From a virus (taxonomy: Duplodnaviria > Caudoviricetes), in IMG/VR virus record IMGVR_UViG_3300020049_016424, positions 96,001-160,000 of that record: a DNA stretch of 64,000 nucleotides; one strand, given 5' to 3'. The notes under the pieces were generated by a model, which saw only the letters and a program-made list of their open reading frames with translations, was not told the origin of the DNA and did no database searches. The position numbers and the translations under genes were made by a program. Below, one piece after another: positions 8,639 to 19,500 of the stretch (positions are counted from its first letter, which is position 1; each line of letters opens with the position of its first letter).

Positions 8639-8971
8639 CTATTCGAGAAGTTTGTAGATGCTGTCGGCGAACTGTTTCAGTGAAGCACGGCCGAGTTCGA
8701 GCTGCAAGAGGCGCTCGCGCCCGTGGAAATCGCGCAGCAAGATCGTGGCGACTTCCTTCGGGGCATGCTCAGGGTCGTCGCTCCAGGCGACGACGAGCCG
8801 TGCGTTCGGGTGCAGAGTCGTGGCGTTCTTCCACACGCGAGCGAGCAGGTAGAGCTCCTGCTGGTGCAGGGGCACCGGAGTCGTGATCGCTTCCCGGATG
8901 TGCGCGGGGAGCTTCGACAGGTCTGCGCGCTGCGGCGAGGGCTTCTGGTATTTGTGTGGAAGTTCGGGCAT
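8639..8971 (-). CDS. Hypothetical protein
   Basis: 110 aa ORF in operon. Confidence 0.65.
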   Translation of the reverse strand: MPELPHKYQKPSPQRADLSKLPAHIREAITTPVPLHQQELYLLARVWKNATTLHPNARLVVAWSDDPEHAPKEVATILLRDFHGRERLLQLELGRASLKQFADSIYKLLE

Positions 8972-8976
8972 GGGAC

Positions 8977-9264
8977 TCAGTTCGGGTCAGGACGGTCGTC
9001 ACCGCACAGCGCCCGGAGCCACCGCCAGGGGCTCATGGCCAGGTACCCGCGCACCGTGTGCACCGGCACGCGGGTACTCACCTCGAGCAGCACCATGCCG
9101 TTCGCAGGGTCCTGGCGGATGCGCCGCGAGCCTGTGCTCGTGGGCATGACGAAACTACCGTCGCGGTCTTCGTAGGCGCGAGGCACGCGCCGTGCTGCAG
9201 CTGCGAAGGTGTCCCAGTGGGTCATGGGCTCAGTGTCGTTGATGCGGAAACGGTGCGCAAGCAT
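8977..9264 (-). CDS. Hypothetical protein
   Basis: Fills operon gap; start set at MLAHRF. Confidence 0.45.
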   Translation of the reverse strand: MLAHRFRINDTEPMTHWDTFAAAARRVPRAYEDRDGSFVMPTSTGSRRIRQDPANGMVLLEVSTRVPVHTVRGYLAMSPWRWLRALCGDDRPDPN

Positions 9265-9278
9265 AAGGTTCGATCGGG

Positions 9279-9896
9279 TCAGTTGAGAGAGTGCTTTTCG
9301 GGGGTTTCGTTCGGGGTCACGGAGTAGGCCCCCGGCATGGTCTCCGCGGTGCTCACGAAGTCCTCGAGCTCGGCCTCGGCAACGCCGGGGAACGCGCCGC
9401 ACTCGACGAGCGTCTCGATGGCGCAGACGGCGCCCTGGTAGGCCCCCGTGACGACGTGCTTGGGGAGGGCAACCTCGCCTGTGGCATCGTACTGCGCGTC
9501 CGTGAGCGCGAGCACGAGCGTCTGCATGATCAACGTGTGCACCTCACGCAAGCGCCCCTGCCCTTCGACGAGGGAGATCGTGGCCGCGTCCGGGTCGCAG
9601 CAGCCGAGGTACTCGAGGTCGTCCTGTGTGGGCAGCGCGGCCTCACGTTTCACCGTGAAGCCCCCTCCGAGTGCGACGACCTGTGGCAGCTTCAGAATCG
9701 GCTCGTCGGGCGAGAGCGTTCGATCGGCGGCTTCTGCGATCTCGAGGCGCCCGAGCAGCTGCACGAGGCGCGCAGGAGAGGCTGCTGCGAAGAATGCGGC
9801 ACGAGCTTCCGGGGAGACGTGAGGGTTCGTCTGCCACGTCTCCGGGTCTCCCAGAGCCAACAACGCGTTTTTCAGATCCTCGAACAGGTTGCTCAT
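9279..9896 (-). CDS. Hypothetical protein
   Basis: Start MSNLFED overlaps upstream stop (ATGA). Confidence 0.65.
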   Translation of the reverse strand: MSNLFEDLKNALLALGDPETWQTNPHVSPEARAAFFAAASPARLVQLLGRLEIAEAADRTLSPDEPILKLPQVVALGGGFTVKREAALPTQDDLEYLGCCDPDAATISLVEGQGRLREVHTLIMQTLVLALTDAQYDATGEVALPKHVVTGAYQGAVCAIETLVECGAFPGVAEAELEDFVSTAETMPGAYSVTPNETPEKHSLN

Positions 9897-10768
9897 CGCT
9901 TCTTGCCTCGGCAGTCGCTCCAGTAGGGGCACCAGTCGAGCGTGCACCACCAGTTGTCCGGCATGGTCAGCGGGAACCGCCCCGCGGCCACGTCCCGCGC
10001 CACGTTCGCGACGATGTCGATCGCGTGGGCGCGGTCCTCGAGCGTGCGCTTCGCGCTCATGCGGAAGTAGCGTGAGCCCATCGTCTTGGTCGGCTTGACG
10101 AGCTGGTCGATGCGGACGTCGGGCACGTCCTCGAACTCGGCGTAGATCGAGAGCTGCAGGCTGTTGTCGGCCTCGGCCTGCCCGCCCTTCTTGCGCTTCG
10201 TCTTGAAGTCGATGACGCGCCCCGGCTCGGTGAGATCGATGACGCCCATGAACGGCACCGGCTCGCTGCCATCCTTGGGGTCGAGCATCTTGCGCACGAC
10301 CTTCTCGACGCCGGTCGGGTACACACCCGGCATGCGCTCTTTGGTGTCGTGGTCGATGTACGTTCCCGTGGCGCCCTTGTAGTAGGTGCGCACGAGGTCG
10401 ATGCCGACGTCCTTGATCTTGCCGACGCTGACGTCGTCCTCGGCGATCACCACATCGGTCTTGAACTGCTCTTCGTGCGCAGCGGCGTAGTGGTCCTCGA
10501 CGAACTCGAGGGGCGGCGCCTTCGCCGTGAACATGATGAACTCGTTGAGCTTCTCCGCAGCCTTGTGCACTGCGGAGCCCTGCGCCATATAGCTATTTTT
10601 CGGCACGGGCTTTTCCATGAGGTAGCGGAACTCGTAGGCTTTTCCGCACTTCATGAACTGCGTCACCTGGGACACTGAGAGGTAGCCGCGGGGCAGCCGG
10701 TCCCTGTAGGTGTCCGCGGTCTTTTCGAGGCCGAGGATGCCGTCTTCGTTGTCGATGTCTTCGAGCAT
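9893..10768 (-). CDS. PD-(D/E)XK nuclease superfamily protein (second copy)
   Basis: LSVSQV..F..CGKAY, GSAVH, GVIDL...VIDFKT, QL.IY, C-terminal WC..WCPYW..C. Confidence 0.85.
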   Translation of the reverse strand: MLEDIDNEDGILGLEKTADTYRDRLPRGYLSVSQVTQFMKCGKAYEFRYLMEKPVPKNSYMAQGSAVHKAAEKLNEFIMFTAKAPPLEFVEDHYAAAHEEQFKTDVVIAEDDVSVGKIKDVGIDLVRTYYKGATGTYIDHDTKERMPGVYPTGVEKVVRKMLDPKDGSEPVPFMGVIDLTEPGRVIDFKTKRKKGGQAEADNSLQLSIYAEFEDVPDVRIDQLVKPTKTMGSRYFRMSAKRTLEDRAHAIDIVANVARDVAAGRFPLTMPDNWWCTLDWCPYWSDCRGKKR

Positions 10769-10792
10769 GTCTCTCTCAGGCGTGGAGGAAAA

Positions 10793-11266
10793 TCATGCAG
10801 CGCCACGCGGCCGCCGTGCCACGTTCTGCGCCCCATGACTCTGGTCTTTGAGCTTTGCGAGGTGCTCTGCCTCGAGCTTTTGGCTCTCTACGAGGATCTC
10901 TGCGAGCTCTTCCGTGATGGAGCGCTCGGGAGGCTTCATGTTCTCTCCGATGACGTCGATGCTTTCATCCTCGGGGCCATAGAGGTTGGGCACCGGGGTG
11001 GCGCGCGGTGCTGGTGCCGCGGTAGTTGCGGGCTGCGGGGGGTGAGGAGCCTCTTCTACCGTGAGAGCCTCTTCTTTTCGGGACACACGATGCACAGGGA
11101 CCTCCGGGGGAACGAGCTCGGCAGTGATTTCGAGGTGCATGCCCGTGAACACCTGCTCCATCGCGGTGACGGCGTCTTCGTGCGACACACGAAACCCGCG
11201 ACGGTCGAGTCCTTCGATCAGGAATGCGAGTAGTTCTTCTTTCTTGATGCGTACGACGATCTCCAT
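10793..11266 (-). CDS. Hypothetical protein
   Basis: Start set at MEIVVR. Confidence 0.6.
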   Translation of the reverse strand: MEIVVRIKKEELLAFLIEGLDRRGFRVSHEDAVTAMEQVFTGMHLEITAELVPPEVPVHRVSRKEEALTVEEAPHPPQPATTAAPAPRATPVPNLYGPEDESIDVIGENMKPPERSITEELAEILVESQKLEAEHLAKLKDQSHGAQNVARRPRGAA

Positions 11267-11279
11267 AGGGTGCCTCGGG

Positions 11280-13178
11280 TCAGGGGATAGGAACGAGCTT
11301 AGCCACGATTCGTAGAACAGAGCCGTCGCAGGTGCACGGCGCCTTGGCATTGGGCCGGATTTGTGCGTGCTTTTCGCACGCAGTCCCTGCTTCGCCGCGC
11401 TCTCCGGTAATCATGGCTTCGATATCGATTTTCTGGTCAAGAGCCGCGGCCTTGTCGAAGTCGGTGGTGTCGAGGGCAAGTAAGCGGAATACTGTGGTTT
11501 TCTTGTCCTGACCGATGCGATAGTTTCGGGCCTTGCTTTGTAGGTACTGCTCAAGGCTCCAGGGGAGCGAGAAGTATACCATGTAATTCGCGGCGTTGAG
11601 CGTCACACCGATGCCGGAAGCGACCTGGCCCAAATAAACTCGAATCGCAGGATCTGTGTTGAATTGGTGCATCGCACCCTCGAAGGCTTCCGTGGACATT
11701 CCGCCCTGGACGCGTACGAAGGGTACCCCGGCCTTCTTGAGGTGCGCTGCGATCAGGTCGAGCTCTGCGATGTACCGCGTCCAGACGATGACTTTGTTCT
11801 TGGCGTCTTCGAGGAGATCTTCGAGCAGGTCTGCGAACGTGTCGAGGCGCGCATTCTTCTCGAAGATCTCCTTCTCGAGCGTCGGCTGGTGCACGAACTC
11901 GCAGCGTCGCGTGAACGGGCGCACCTTCGCCTCGACGCATGCAACGAGATTCTTGCATCCGTTGCAGAACCCTGGGTTGTCGAACGTGCGGTGCACGAAC
12001 CCGCTCGTGATCTGCTCGAGCTTGTTGAGCTGCGTGATGGGCTCGGTCGCGAGCACATACGCGTCCTTGAGCGTAGGCCCGCTCGCCTGGGACAGCTGGC
12101 CATCGAGCAGGGCGTGGCGAACGCTCTCACCTACTTCGTCGCCCTTGTTCTCGATGATCGCGTTGTACAGGGCACGCTGCGGCCCGTAGACCGCGAAGGG
12201 CACGTCGATGATGCGCTGCTCGGGCAAGTCGAGGCACTCCTCCTGCGTCTTGCGCAGGCACACCTCTCCGACACGGTCGTTGAGATCGTCGAGGTTCTTG
12301 AAGCCGAGCACCGTCTTGGGCTTGCCTTGTCGCAGCTCTTCCGGCGGGAACGTCACGTAGGCCTTCTTGTAGTCGAGCCACGACTCCGCCGCAAAGTAGT
12401 TGCCGAGGAATCGCAGCTGCGCATAGAGGTTCAACGGAGAGCCGAGCGAGGGCGTGCCCGAGAGTAGTACGCGCCCCGCGGCGCGCTCACTGAGCATGAG
12501 CGCTGCCTTCGTACGGATGCTGTGGATGGCCTTGATGCGGTGCGACTCGTCCGCCACGATCCTGCGGTACTTCACGCGCAGCAGCGCCGGAGCGAGACGC
12601 ACCGCCGTCTCGTAGGTGACGATGGTCGCTGCAGGGGCACGCTCCTGAATCTGCGTGAGCAGCGCCTCTTTCTGCTTCGGCGTGCCCGAGAGCACCACGG
12701 TGTCCGTAATGCCTCCGTGCGTGACGAACTCACGCGCCCACGTCCGCAGCACGACCCGCGGGCACAGAATGAGCATGGGGTCGAGCGTTGCGCGGTACAG
12801 GTCGACCGTGATCTTGCACTTCCCGAGCCCGGGATCATAGAAGAGGCCTGCGCGAGGGTGCTTGAGCAGCCACTCGAGGCCGGCGCGCTGGTGGGCGAAG
12901 GGCTCTGTGATGAACGTGAAGCCCTCGGGGAGCTTCGGAGGGTGCCGGAGCTCCTGGAGCAGCGCGAGCGCGGCGGGGCTCGCCGTGAGCCCCTTCACGA
13001 CCTTCTTGAGGTCGGAGACGACCTTGTCGTGCACCGGTGCGAACGCAGGGAAGAACCACCGACCGTGGCCCTTGATGAAGGTGGCGCCGTAGACCTCGGT
13101 GACACGCGGAGGAATCAGCCCCTCGAGATAGAACACGGAGGTGTGGTTCAGCTGGGTGGTATGGAGGACCGCGGACAT
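11280..13178 (-). CDS. SNF2-family (SF2) helicase
   Basis: DPGLGKC (Walker A), ADESH, LSGTP, GIGVTLNAA, QSKARNYRIGQ; Cys-rich insert. Confidence 0.9.
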   Translation of the reverse strand: MSAVLHTTQLNHTSVFYLEGLIPPRVTEVYGATFIKGHGRWFFPAFAPVHDKVVSDLKKVVKGLTASPAALALLQELRHPPKLPEGFTFITEPFAHQRAGLEWLLKHPRAGLFYDPGLGKCKITVDLYRATLDPMLILCPRVVLRTWAREFVTHGGITDTVVLSGTPKQKEALLTQIQERAPAATIVTYETAVRLAPALLRVKYRRIVADESHRIKAIHSIRTKAALMLSERAAGRVLLSGTPSLGSPLNLYAQLRFLGNYFAAESWLDYKKAYVTFPPEELRQGKPKTVLGFKNLDDLNDRVGEVCLRKTQEECLDLPEQRIIDVPFAVYGPQRALYNAIIENKGDEVGESVRHALLDGQLSQASGPTLKDAYVLATEPITQLNKLEQITSGFVHRTFDNPGFCNGCKNLVACVEAKVRPFTRRCEFVHQPTLEKEIFEKNARLDTFADLLEDLLEDAKNKVIVWTRYIAELDLIAAHLKKAGVPFVRVQGGMSTEAFEGAMHQFNTDPAIRVYLGQVASGIGVTLNAANYMVYFSLPWSLEQYLQSKARNYRIGQDKKTTVFRLLALDTTDFDKAAALDQKIDIEAMITGERGEAGTACEKHAQIRPNAKAPCTCDGSVLRIVAKLVPIP

Positions 13179-13267
13179 CAGGGTTCTTTCCGGGAACGAG
13201 AACGGAAACGGTCGAGAGAGTGTAACTTCCTGGCGGCAGTCTGGGGGAGACTTTTCCGCGGTACGTG

Positions 13268-13276
13268 TGCTAGTCT
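13268..13276 (+). promoter_or_regulatory. Extended -10 promoter (TGcTAGTCT), leaderless portal mRNA
   Basis: 6 nt upstream of ATG 13283, no SD; same geometry recurs at other + strand genes. Confidence 0.6.
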
Positions 13277-13282
13277 GCCGCC

Positions 13283-15013
13283 ATGTCCTCGGATTTCAGC
13301 ATCGGCGATTACGCACGGCACGGGGCGGCGCACCCGAACCCCACGTACGACTTCCTGTCGGGCTTCGCGCCGCGGAAGATCAAGGACTTGTTTCGCTGGA
13401 GCGAGTACCTCTACGCGAACGCCCCCGCGATCTTCGCGGCGCTCCAGAAGTTGAGCGCATACCCGGTGACCGAGGTGAAGGTCGCGGCGGAAGGCGCAGC
13501 GCGAAAGGACGTCTGGGAGGACCTCCTCACCGACACCCTCGACGTGCGCAACCATGCGATTCTGACGAACCTCGACCGACGGCTGTATGGCAACTCGTTC
13601 ACATCGATCTACAAGCCGTTCGTACGCACGCTGTGCTGCAATCACCAGGACTGCAAGAAGCTGACGGGCATCACGCACGTCAAGTACACGTTCCAGCTCA
13701 AGACGATGAAGTTCAAATACACGTGCGCGGCGTGTAAGCGAGCGACCGTCGGCGACATCCGCGACCTGAAGAGCGTCGACCGCACGAAGATCTCGCTCAT
13801 CCGCTGGGCCCCTGCGCTCATCGACATCAACTACAACCCGATCACGGGGCGTAGCGAGTACTACTACACGATTCCGTCGGACATCCGGACCAAGGTGGAA
13901 AAGGGCGACCCCCACCTGATGGCCACGATTCCGCTCGAGTTCCTGAAGGCGATTCAAGCGAAGAAGACCTTCAAGTTCTCGCCAGATCAGATCTTCCACA
14001 TGAAGATGCCGGCGCCGGCGGGCATCGACGCGCAGTGGGGTCTGCCGCCCCTCGTGTCGACCATCAAGCTCTTCTTCTATGCTGCAGTGCTCCGCAAGGC
14101 GAACGAAGCGATCGCGCTCGACCACATCGTGCCATTCCGCGTGCTGCACCCCGCGCCGATCTCAGGCAACGCGGACCCGGCGGAGCGCCTGAACATGGCG
14201 AACTGGCAGGCGCAGCTCGAGTCCAACATCAAGCAGTGGCGCCGTGACCCCCTGCACATCATGTTCGCGCCCGCGGCGCTTGGCGTGACGATGATGGGCG
14301 GGCAGGGCCGCTCGCTGCTCACGCTCGGCGAAGTGAAGGACGCCGAAGACGCGATCATCGCGGCGCTCGGCGTACCCCGCGAGTTCCTCTACGGAGGGCT
14401 CACGGTGACGGGCAGCGCCATCACCCTGCGCATGCTCGAGAACCAGCTCGAGAGTGACGCCAAGCAGCTCAACGACCAGCTGGCGTGGATCATCCGGCAG
14501 CTCTCCGTGTTCCTCGAGATGCCGAAGGTGAAGGCGCGCTTCGTGCCCTTCAAGCTCGTCGACGACACCGAGCAGAAGATGGCGCTCCTGAACCTCCAGC
14601 AGGTGACGGGCGGCGCGATCTCGAACAGCCGACTCATGGAGGGCTACTCGGATCTCGACCTCGACGATGAGCGCAAGAAGAAGGAAGAGGAGGCTCTCGC
14701 ACAGGCGAAGAGCGACGCCGATCTTCAGCAGAAGATGCAGCGGCTGCAGACCAGCGCGAGCGCGCAGGCCGAGCAGAGCGCGCAGATGGGCGCGGGACTC
14801 GGGTACAACCCGACTGCGGTCATCCAGCAAGCCGACCAGTACGTGCAGCAGTTCACGCAGATGGACCCAGGTACTCGGCAGTCCCAGATGGACCAGCTGT
14901 CCCAGACCGACCCCGTGATGTACGCGGTTGTGAAGGACCGTATGGAAGCCAACGCGCAGTCCATGAAACACCAGGCGGTCACACAGGCGCGCGCAGGTGG
15001 CGCGCCTATCTGA
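13283..15013 (+). CDS. Portal protein (with Zn-ribbon insertion)
   Basis: 576 aa; YGNSF, FHMK, WGLPPL, IIAALGVPREFLYGG pattern typical of phage portals; first gene of the + strand virion module. Confidence 0.7.
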   Translation: MSSDFSIGDYARHGAAHPNPTYDFLSGFAPRKIKDLFRWSEYLYANAPAIFAALQKLSAYPVTEVKVAAEGAARKDVWEDLLTDTLDVRNHAILTNLDRRLYGNSFTSIYKPFVRTLCCNHQDCKKLTGITHVKYTFQLKTMKFKYTCAACKRATVGDIRDLKSVDRTKISLIRWAPALIDINYNPITGRSEYYYTIPSDIRTKVEKGDPHLMATIPLEFLKAIQAKKTFKFSPDQIFHMKMPAPAGIDAQWGLPPLVSTIKLFFYAAVLRKANEAIALDHIVPFRVLHPAPISGNADPAERLNMANWQAQLESNIKQWRRDPLHIMFAPAALGVTMMGGQGRSLLTLGEVKDAEDAIIAALGVPREFLYGGLTVTGSAITLRMLENQLESDAKQLNDQLAWIIRQLSVFLEMPKVKARFVPFKLVDDTEQKMALLNLQQVTGGAISNSRLMEGYSDLDLDDERKKKEEEALAQAKSDADLQQKMQRLQTSASAQAEQSAQMGAGLGYNPTAVIQQADQYVQQFTQMDPGTRQSQMDQLSQTDPVMYAVVKDRMEANAQSMKHQAVTQARAGGAPI

Positions 15014-15044
15014 GCCGTTCCCCGTATTCCTCTAGAGGCAGGCC

Positions 15045-15752
15045 ATGTTCAGCAAAGCCATCGAAGACGCGCAGAAGGTCCCTGCAGGGGCCCCTGGCGC
15101 CGCGCCCGCAGATCCGTTCGATCTCTTCGCGACCTCCGTGAAGCCTGAGATCCCCGACACGTTGGTCGACACGTCGCCCGCGCCCGGCACCATCCCAGGG
15201 TCTCCCCGCATCCAGCTCGACTACTACGCGCGCCGCTTCTTCATCGGACGCGAGCTCGTCGCCATCGACGAGAACCAAAAGATCTACGAGCCCGTCGACG
15301 AGACTCCGGAGCTCAAGGAGGTCATGGATCTGTGCTTGCAAGGCAAAGCCATGATCCTCAAACGCCTCGAAAGCATCGGACAGTCCGGGTCCGTGTGCAT
15401 CTGGATGGAGTGGGGCGTGTACAAGACGCCTGTTGCCACGACGCCCGCCGAGCGGGGGTACATGACGCTGAGCGAGCTCAAATCCCCGCACGTGCACACG
15501 CCGGAGTTCGAGGGGGCGCAGAAGCCCCAGAAGTCGCAGGAACCCCTCCCGTCGGACCCGGAAGCCGTCAGCGCCTTCCCTCCCGAAGATGCGCCGGAGG
15601 AGCTCGAGGAAGAGGCAGAAGAAGATCGAAGCGCAGGCGCGGACGAAGAGGACTGGGATGCACCCGATCCCGACGCGCCGACGGGAACCCCTGACCCGGA
15701 CGCCGAGGTCATCGACGAACCGGCGAAAACGCCCAAGACCTCTCCGAGCTAA
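15045..15752 (+). CDS. Acidic hypothetical protein
   Basis: 235 aa with D/E/P-rich C-terminus. Confidence 0.75.
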   Translation: MFSKAIEDAQKVPAGAPGAAPADPFDLFATSVKPEIPDTLVDTSPAPGTIPGSPRIQLDYYARRFFIGRELVAIDENQKIYEPVDETPELKEVMDLCLQGKAMILKRLESIGQSGSVCIWMEWGVYKTPVATTPAERGYMTLSELKSPHVHTPEFEGAQKPQKSQEPLPSDPEAVSAFPPEDAPEELEEEAEEDRSAGADEEDWDAPDPDAPTGTPDPDAEVIDEPAKTPKTSPS

Positions 15753-15884
15753 AGCCGAGGGCGCTCGATGTCTCACGACCCCGGCATCGGCTATCCGCAC
15801 GCGCATGCGCGTGTCGTATTAGCCGAGCGGGATCGTGTCGATATCCACGTGCTCGTCTCCTGGTTTTTGGTGGACAGACATCGC

Positions 15885-16457
15885 TCACCCCGTGATGGGG
15901 GTCGCGATGGGCGGCGCCGCGAGGCGTGCCTCGAGCTCTTCTTTGAGATGGGTGCGCGGCGGGTGCGCCGCGCCGTGCTGCTTGCGAGGCCGCATCCGCT
16001 TGCGCGGCTTCGAGTCCCGGAAACACGGCTCGCACAGCTTGCGCGGCACGTAGCTCTTCGTGCGCATGTGACTGCGCAGCGCCTGTCCGGCGGTGACGCA
16101 CTCGAGGCCTCCGCAGCACGTGCACACGTACGTCTCGACGACGGTCGCGGCCTCGAGCTGCCCGAGGATCATCGGGTCGTTCACGTTGAAGTACCGCGTC
16201 GGCATGACCTCGCGGAAGCACCCACAGAGGGTGCCCGGGGGCCGTTCGCTGCCGCAGACGAAGCAATCGTGCTTCGACAGGTCGTCCTGTCGGAACGCGC
16301 TGCTCCAGAGCTCGCCGTGTGCACGCAGGGCCTCGACGGTCACCTGGACTCCGGCGTAGCTGAGCTCGACGCGGAGGCGCTCTTCCTGTCCGAGGAAGAA
16401 TGCCGCGACGCAGCGACGTGCGAAGGTCAGAGAGTCGTAGGTTGCAGGAATGCTCAT
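15885..16457 (-). CDS. Cys-rich hypothetical protein (putative early gene)
   Basis: Several CxxC/CxC motifs; AGGAG SD; GGTAAAAG motif upstream. Confidence 0.65.
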   Translation of the reverse strand: MSIPATYDSLTFARRCVAAFFLGQEERLRVELSYAGVQVTVEALRAHGELWSSAFRQDDLSKHDCFVCGSERPPGTLCGCFREVMPTRYFNVNDPMILGQLEAATVVETYVCTCCGGLECVTAGQALRSHMRTKSYVPRKLCEPCFRDSKPRKRMRPRKQHGAAHPPRTHLKEELEARLAAPPIATPITG

Positions 16458-16495
16458 GCTGGGTCTCCTGGTATCTTGATTGGGGAGTACGCTCT

Positions 16496-16521
16496 CTTTT
16501 ACCCTGCGAAGTGCCGTTTTT
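16496..16521 (-). promoter_or_regulatory. Putative phage-RNAP promoter AAAAC-N12-GGTAAAAG
   Basis: Motif repeated upstream of six minus-strand genes. Confidence 0.6.
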
Positions 16522-16573
16522 CGGACGCGGCAATCGCCTTGTTTTCAGGGGGTATGAGAGGGTAGACTGGGCC

Positions 16574-19500
16574 ATGGCCTCGGACCGTACCCCTCCTGTC
16601 TCCGCCGCTCCCGCCGGCCTGCGCCCTGTCGTTATCAGTGCCCGTGAGAAGCGAGAGCTTCTGCGCGAGAAGACGCTCGAGGGGCTGCAGAGCCTGTTTC
16701 CGATCTTGGGGCGGTCGCACGACCTGCACCTGATCTCGGCGGCGGTGAAGCCCACGACGTATTCGAGCAATGAACAGAAGCGTGCGATCCTCGAAGGCCG
16801 CACGCTGTCCGAGCCCATCGTCGGTCGTCTGGTGCTCAAGGACAAGGCGGGCGCAGTCGTCGACACGAAGGACAAGCACATCCTCGCGCACCTGCCGTAC
16901 TTCACCGAGCGCCACACGATGATCGTCGGGGGCAACGAGTACGAGGTACCGAACCAGCTCCGGCTCAAGCCCGGCGTCTACACCCGCGAGCGCGGCAACG
17001 GCGAGTACGAGGCTGCGTTCAACCTGAGCAAGGGCGAGAACTTCCGACTGTCGATGGACCCCGAGACCGGCAAGATGAGTGCGGAGTTCGCTACGACGAC
17101 CGCGCCGCTATACCCCCTTCTGCGCGCGCTCGGTGTGCAGGACACGACCGTGCGGCAGCACTGGGGCGCAGATCTCCTCGACGCGAACAAGAAGAGCGCA
17201 GGCAAGGAAGAAGCGGTGCTGAACAAGCTCGTCGCGCGCTTCCGCAAGCCGAAGGACGCGATGCCGTCGACGCTCGAAGGCAAGCGCGCGTTCGTGCAGA
17301 ACTACTTCGACGGCACGCGCATGAGCACGCAGGTGACCGAGCGGACGCTGGGCAAGGGCTACGATCGCGTGACTCCGGACGCGCTGTTGCGCGCCTCGCA
17401 GAAGCTGCTCGAGGTGCATCGCGGTGAGGCGGAGGAAGATGACCGCGACTCGCTCGAGTTCAAGACCATCCACAGCGTCGAGGACTTCTTCAAGGAGCGC
17501 CTCGAGAAAGACGCGAAGTACTCCGTCAACAACAAGCTCATCCACAAGATGAACCAGAGCAAGACGAAGCAGATCAAGGGCTTCATGCCGAACGCGGCGT
17601 ACACGCGGCCGTTGACGTCGTTCCTCACGAGCAGCGCGATCTCTGCGATCCCCACGCAGTTCAACCCGATCGAGCTCATCGATCACGCCGCAAAAGTCAC
17701 CTCACTCGGCGAGGGCGGCATCACGGCCGACCGCGCGATCCCGTTCGAGGCCCGCAAGGTGCACGGCACGCACTACGGCGTGCTCGACATCGTGCGCACG
17801 CCCGAGTCGGGGCATGCTGGCATCGACCTACGCGCTGCGATGGGCGCCTACCGCGACTCGGCGGGCGAACTCTACGCACACATGAAGGACACCCGCACGG
17901 GCAAGCACGCGCCGGTGCGTGTGACGACGCTCGCACGGAGCTCTGTCGGCTTTGCAGGACAGGGCGAGTCGAGCGCGAAGATGGACGCGCTCAAAGGCTC
18001 GAACGCAGTGTCGCTCGACCGCAAGAAGGTCGACTACGTCCTCGCCGATCACACGCACCAGTTCTCGCCCGCGACGGCGCTCGTCCCGTTCCTTGATGGG
18101 ATGCAGATGAACCGTGCCATCATGGGCAGCAAGTTCCAGACGCAGGCGCTGCCGCTGCTCGAGCGCGAAGTGCCGTTCATTCAGGCCCAGGCGCCCCGCG
18201 CTGGACACAGCATGGAGCGTGAGGTTGCGCGGCTCACCGTGCCCACCTCGTCTGTGCACGGCACCGTCGAGAAGATCGACGCGGACTACATCTACATCCG
18301 GCCGCATGCGGAGAAGCACGCTGCCGTCTCTGACGACCTCATCGAAGCGCCTGCGCGAGAGACAACTCCTGAAGAGACGCTCTGGGCCAAGCAGGCGGCT
18401 TACGAGGACTACGACCTCGACGAAGAAGACGGCCTCGACGATCTCGCAATCACGCCTCCGGAGCATCTCTCGGACGCGAAGATCGCGTCTTCGGACACGG
18501 GGCTCATCAAGCTCCCGTACGACACGCACTTCCCCCTCGCGGCGAAGACGTACTTGCACAATGACGTCACGGCGAAGGTGGGAGACACGGTTACGCCGGG
18601 GCAGACGCTCGCCGAGAGCAACTTCACCCGCAACGGCACGATGGCGCTCGGTAAGAACCTGTCGGTCGCGTACCTCGCCTACTACGGAAAAAACAGCAAC
18701 GACGCGGTCGTGATTTCGGAGGCGGCCGCGAAGAAGCTGACGAGCGAGCACATGTACAAGGAGGTCCTGCGCAAGGGACCTGACACGCTCCAGGGCAAGG
18801 CGAAGTACATGGCGTATTTCGGCATGCGCTTCACGAAGGCGCAGCTCGACAAGCTCGACGACAACGGTGTGGCGAAGCCGGGGGCGCACTTCAGCCCTGG
18901 CGACCCTATCGTGCTCGCGCTCGAGAAAGCGACGCCCTCTCCCGAGGCCGCAATGCTCGGGCACCTGCACAAGAGCCTCGTGAAGCCCTACCGTGACGCA
19001 GCGGTGATGTGGGAGCACCACACGGACGGGGAGGCGATCGATGCGGTGAACGCCGCGCGGCAGGTCGTCGTCACGGTGCGCACGCACGAGGCCATGAAGA
19101 TCGGCGACAAGCTCGCGAACCGCTTCGGCGGCAAGGGCGTCGTGTCCGAGATCATCCCGCAGCACAAGATGGTGCAGGACGAAGCCGGCAAGCCGATCGA
19201 CGTGCTCTTCACGAGCGCGGGCATCATCTCGCGCATCAACCCCGCGCAGGTCGTCGAAGGTGCCCTGGGCAAGGTGGTCGAGAAGACAGGCAAGCCGCTC
19301 GTCATCCCGCAGTTCCAGGACCACAGCAACGTCGAGTACGCAAAGAAGCTGCTGAAGGAACACGGCATCTCCGACAAGGAGACGGTCTATGACCCGGTCT
19401 CGGGGCGCAGCATCCCGAAGGTGTTCGTCGGACGCAGCTACATCCTCAAGCTCTTCAAGAGCGGCGAGACGAACTACGCAGCACGCGGCGTCACGAGCTA

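Noticed and set aside
4362-10768. Cas4-like nucleases as part of a CRISPR system
   Set aside because: No repeat-spacer array or other cas genes; these are ordinary phage replication-module nucleases.
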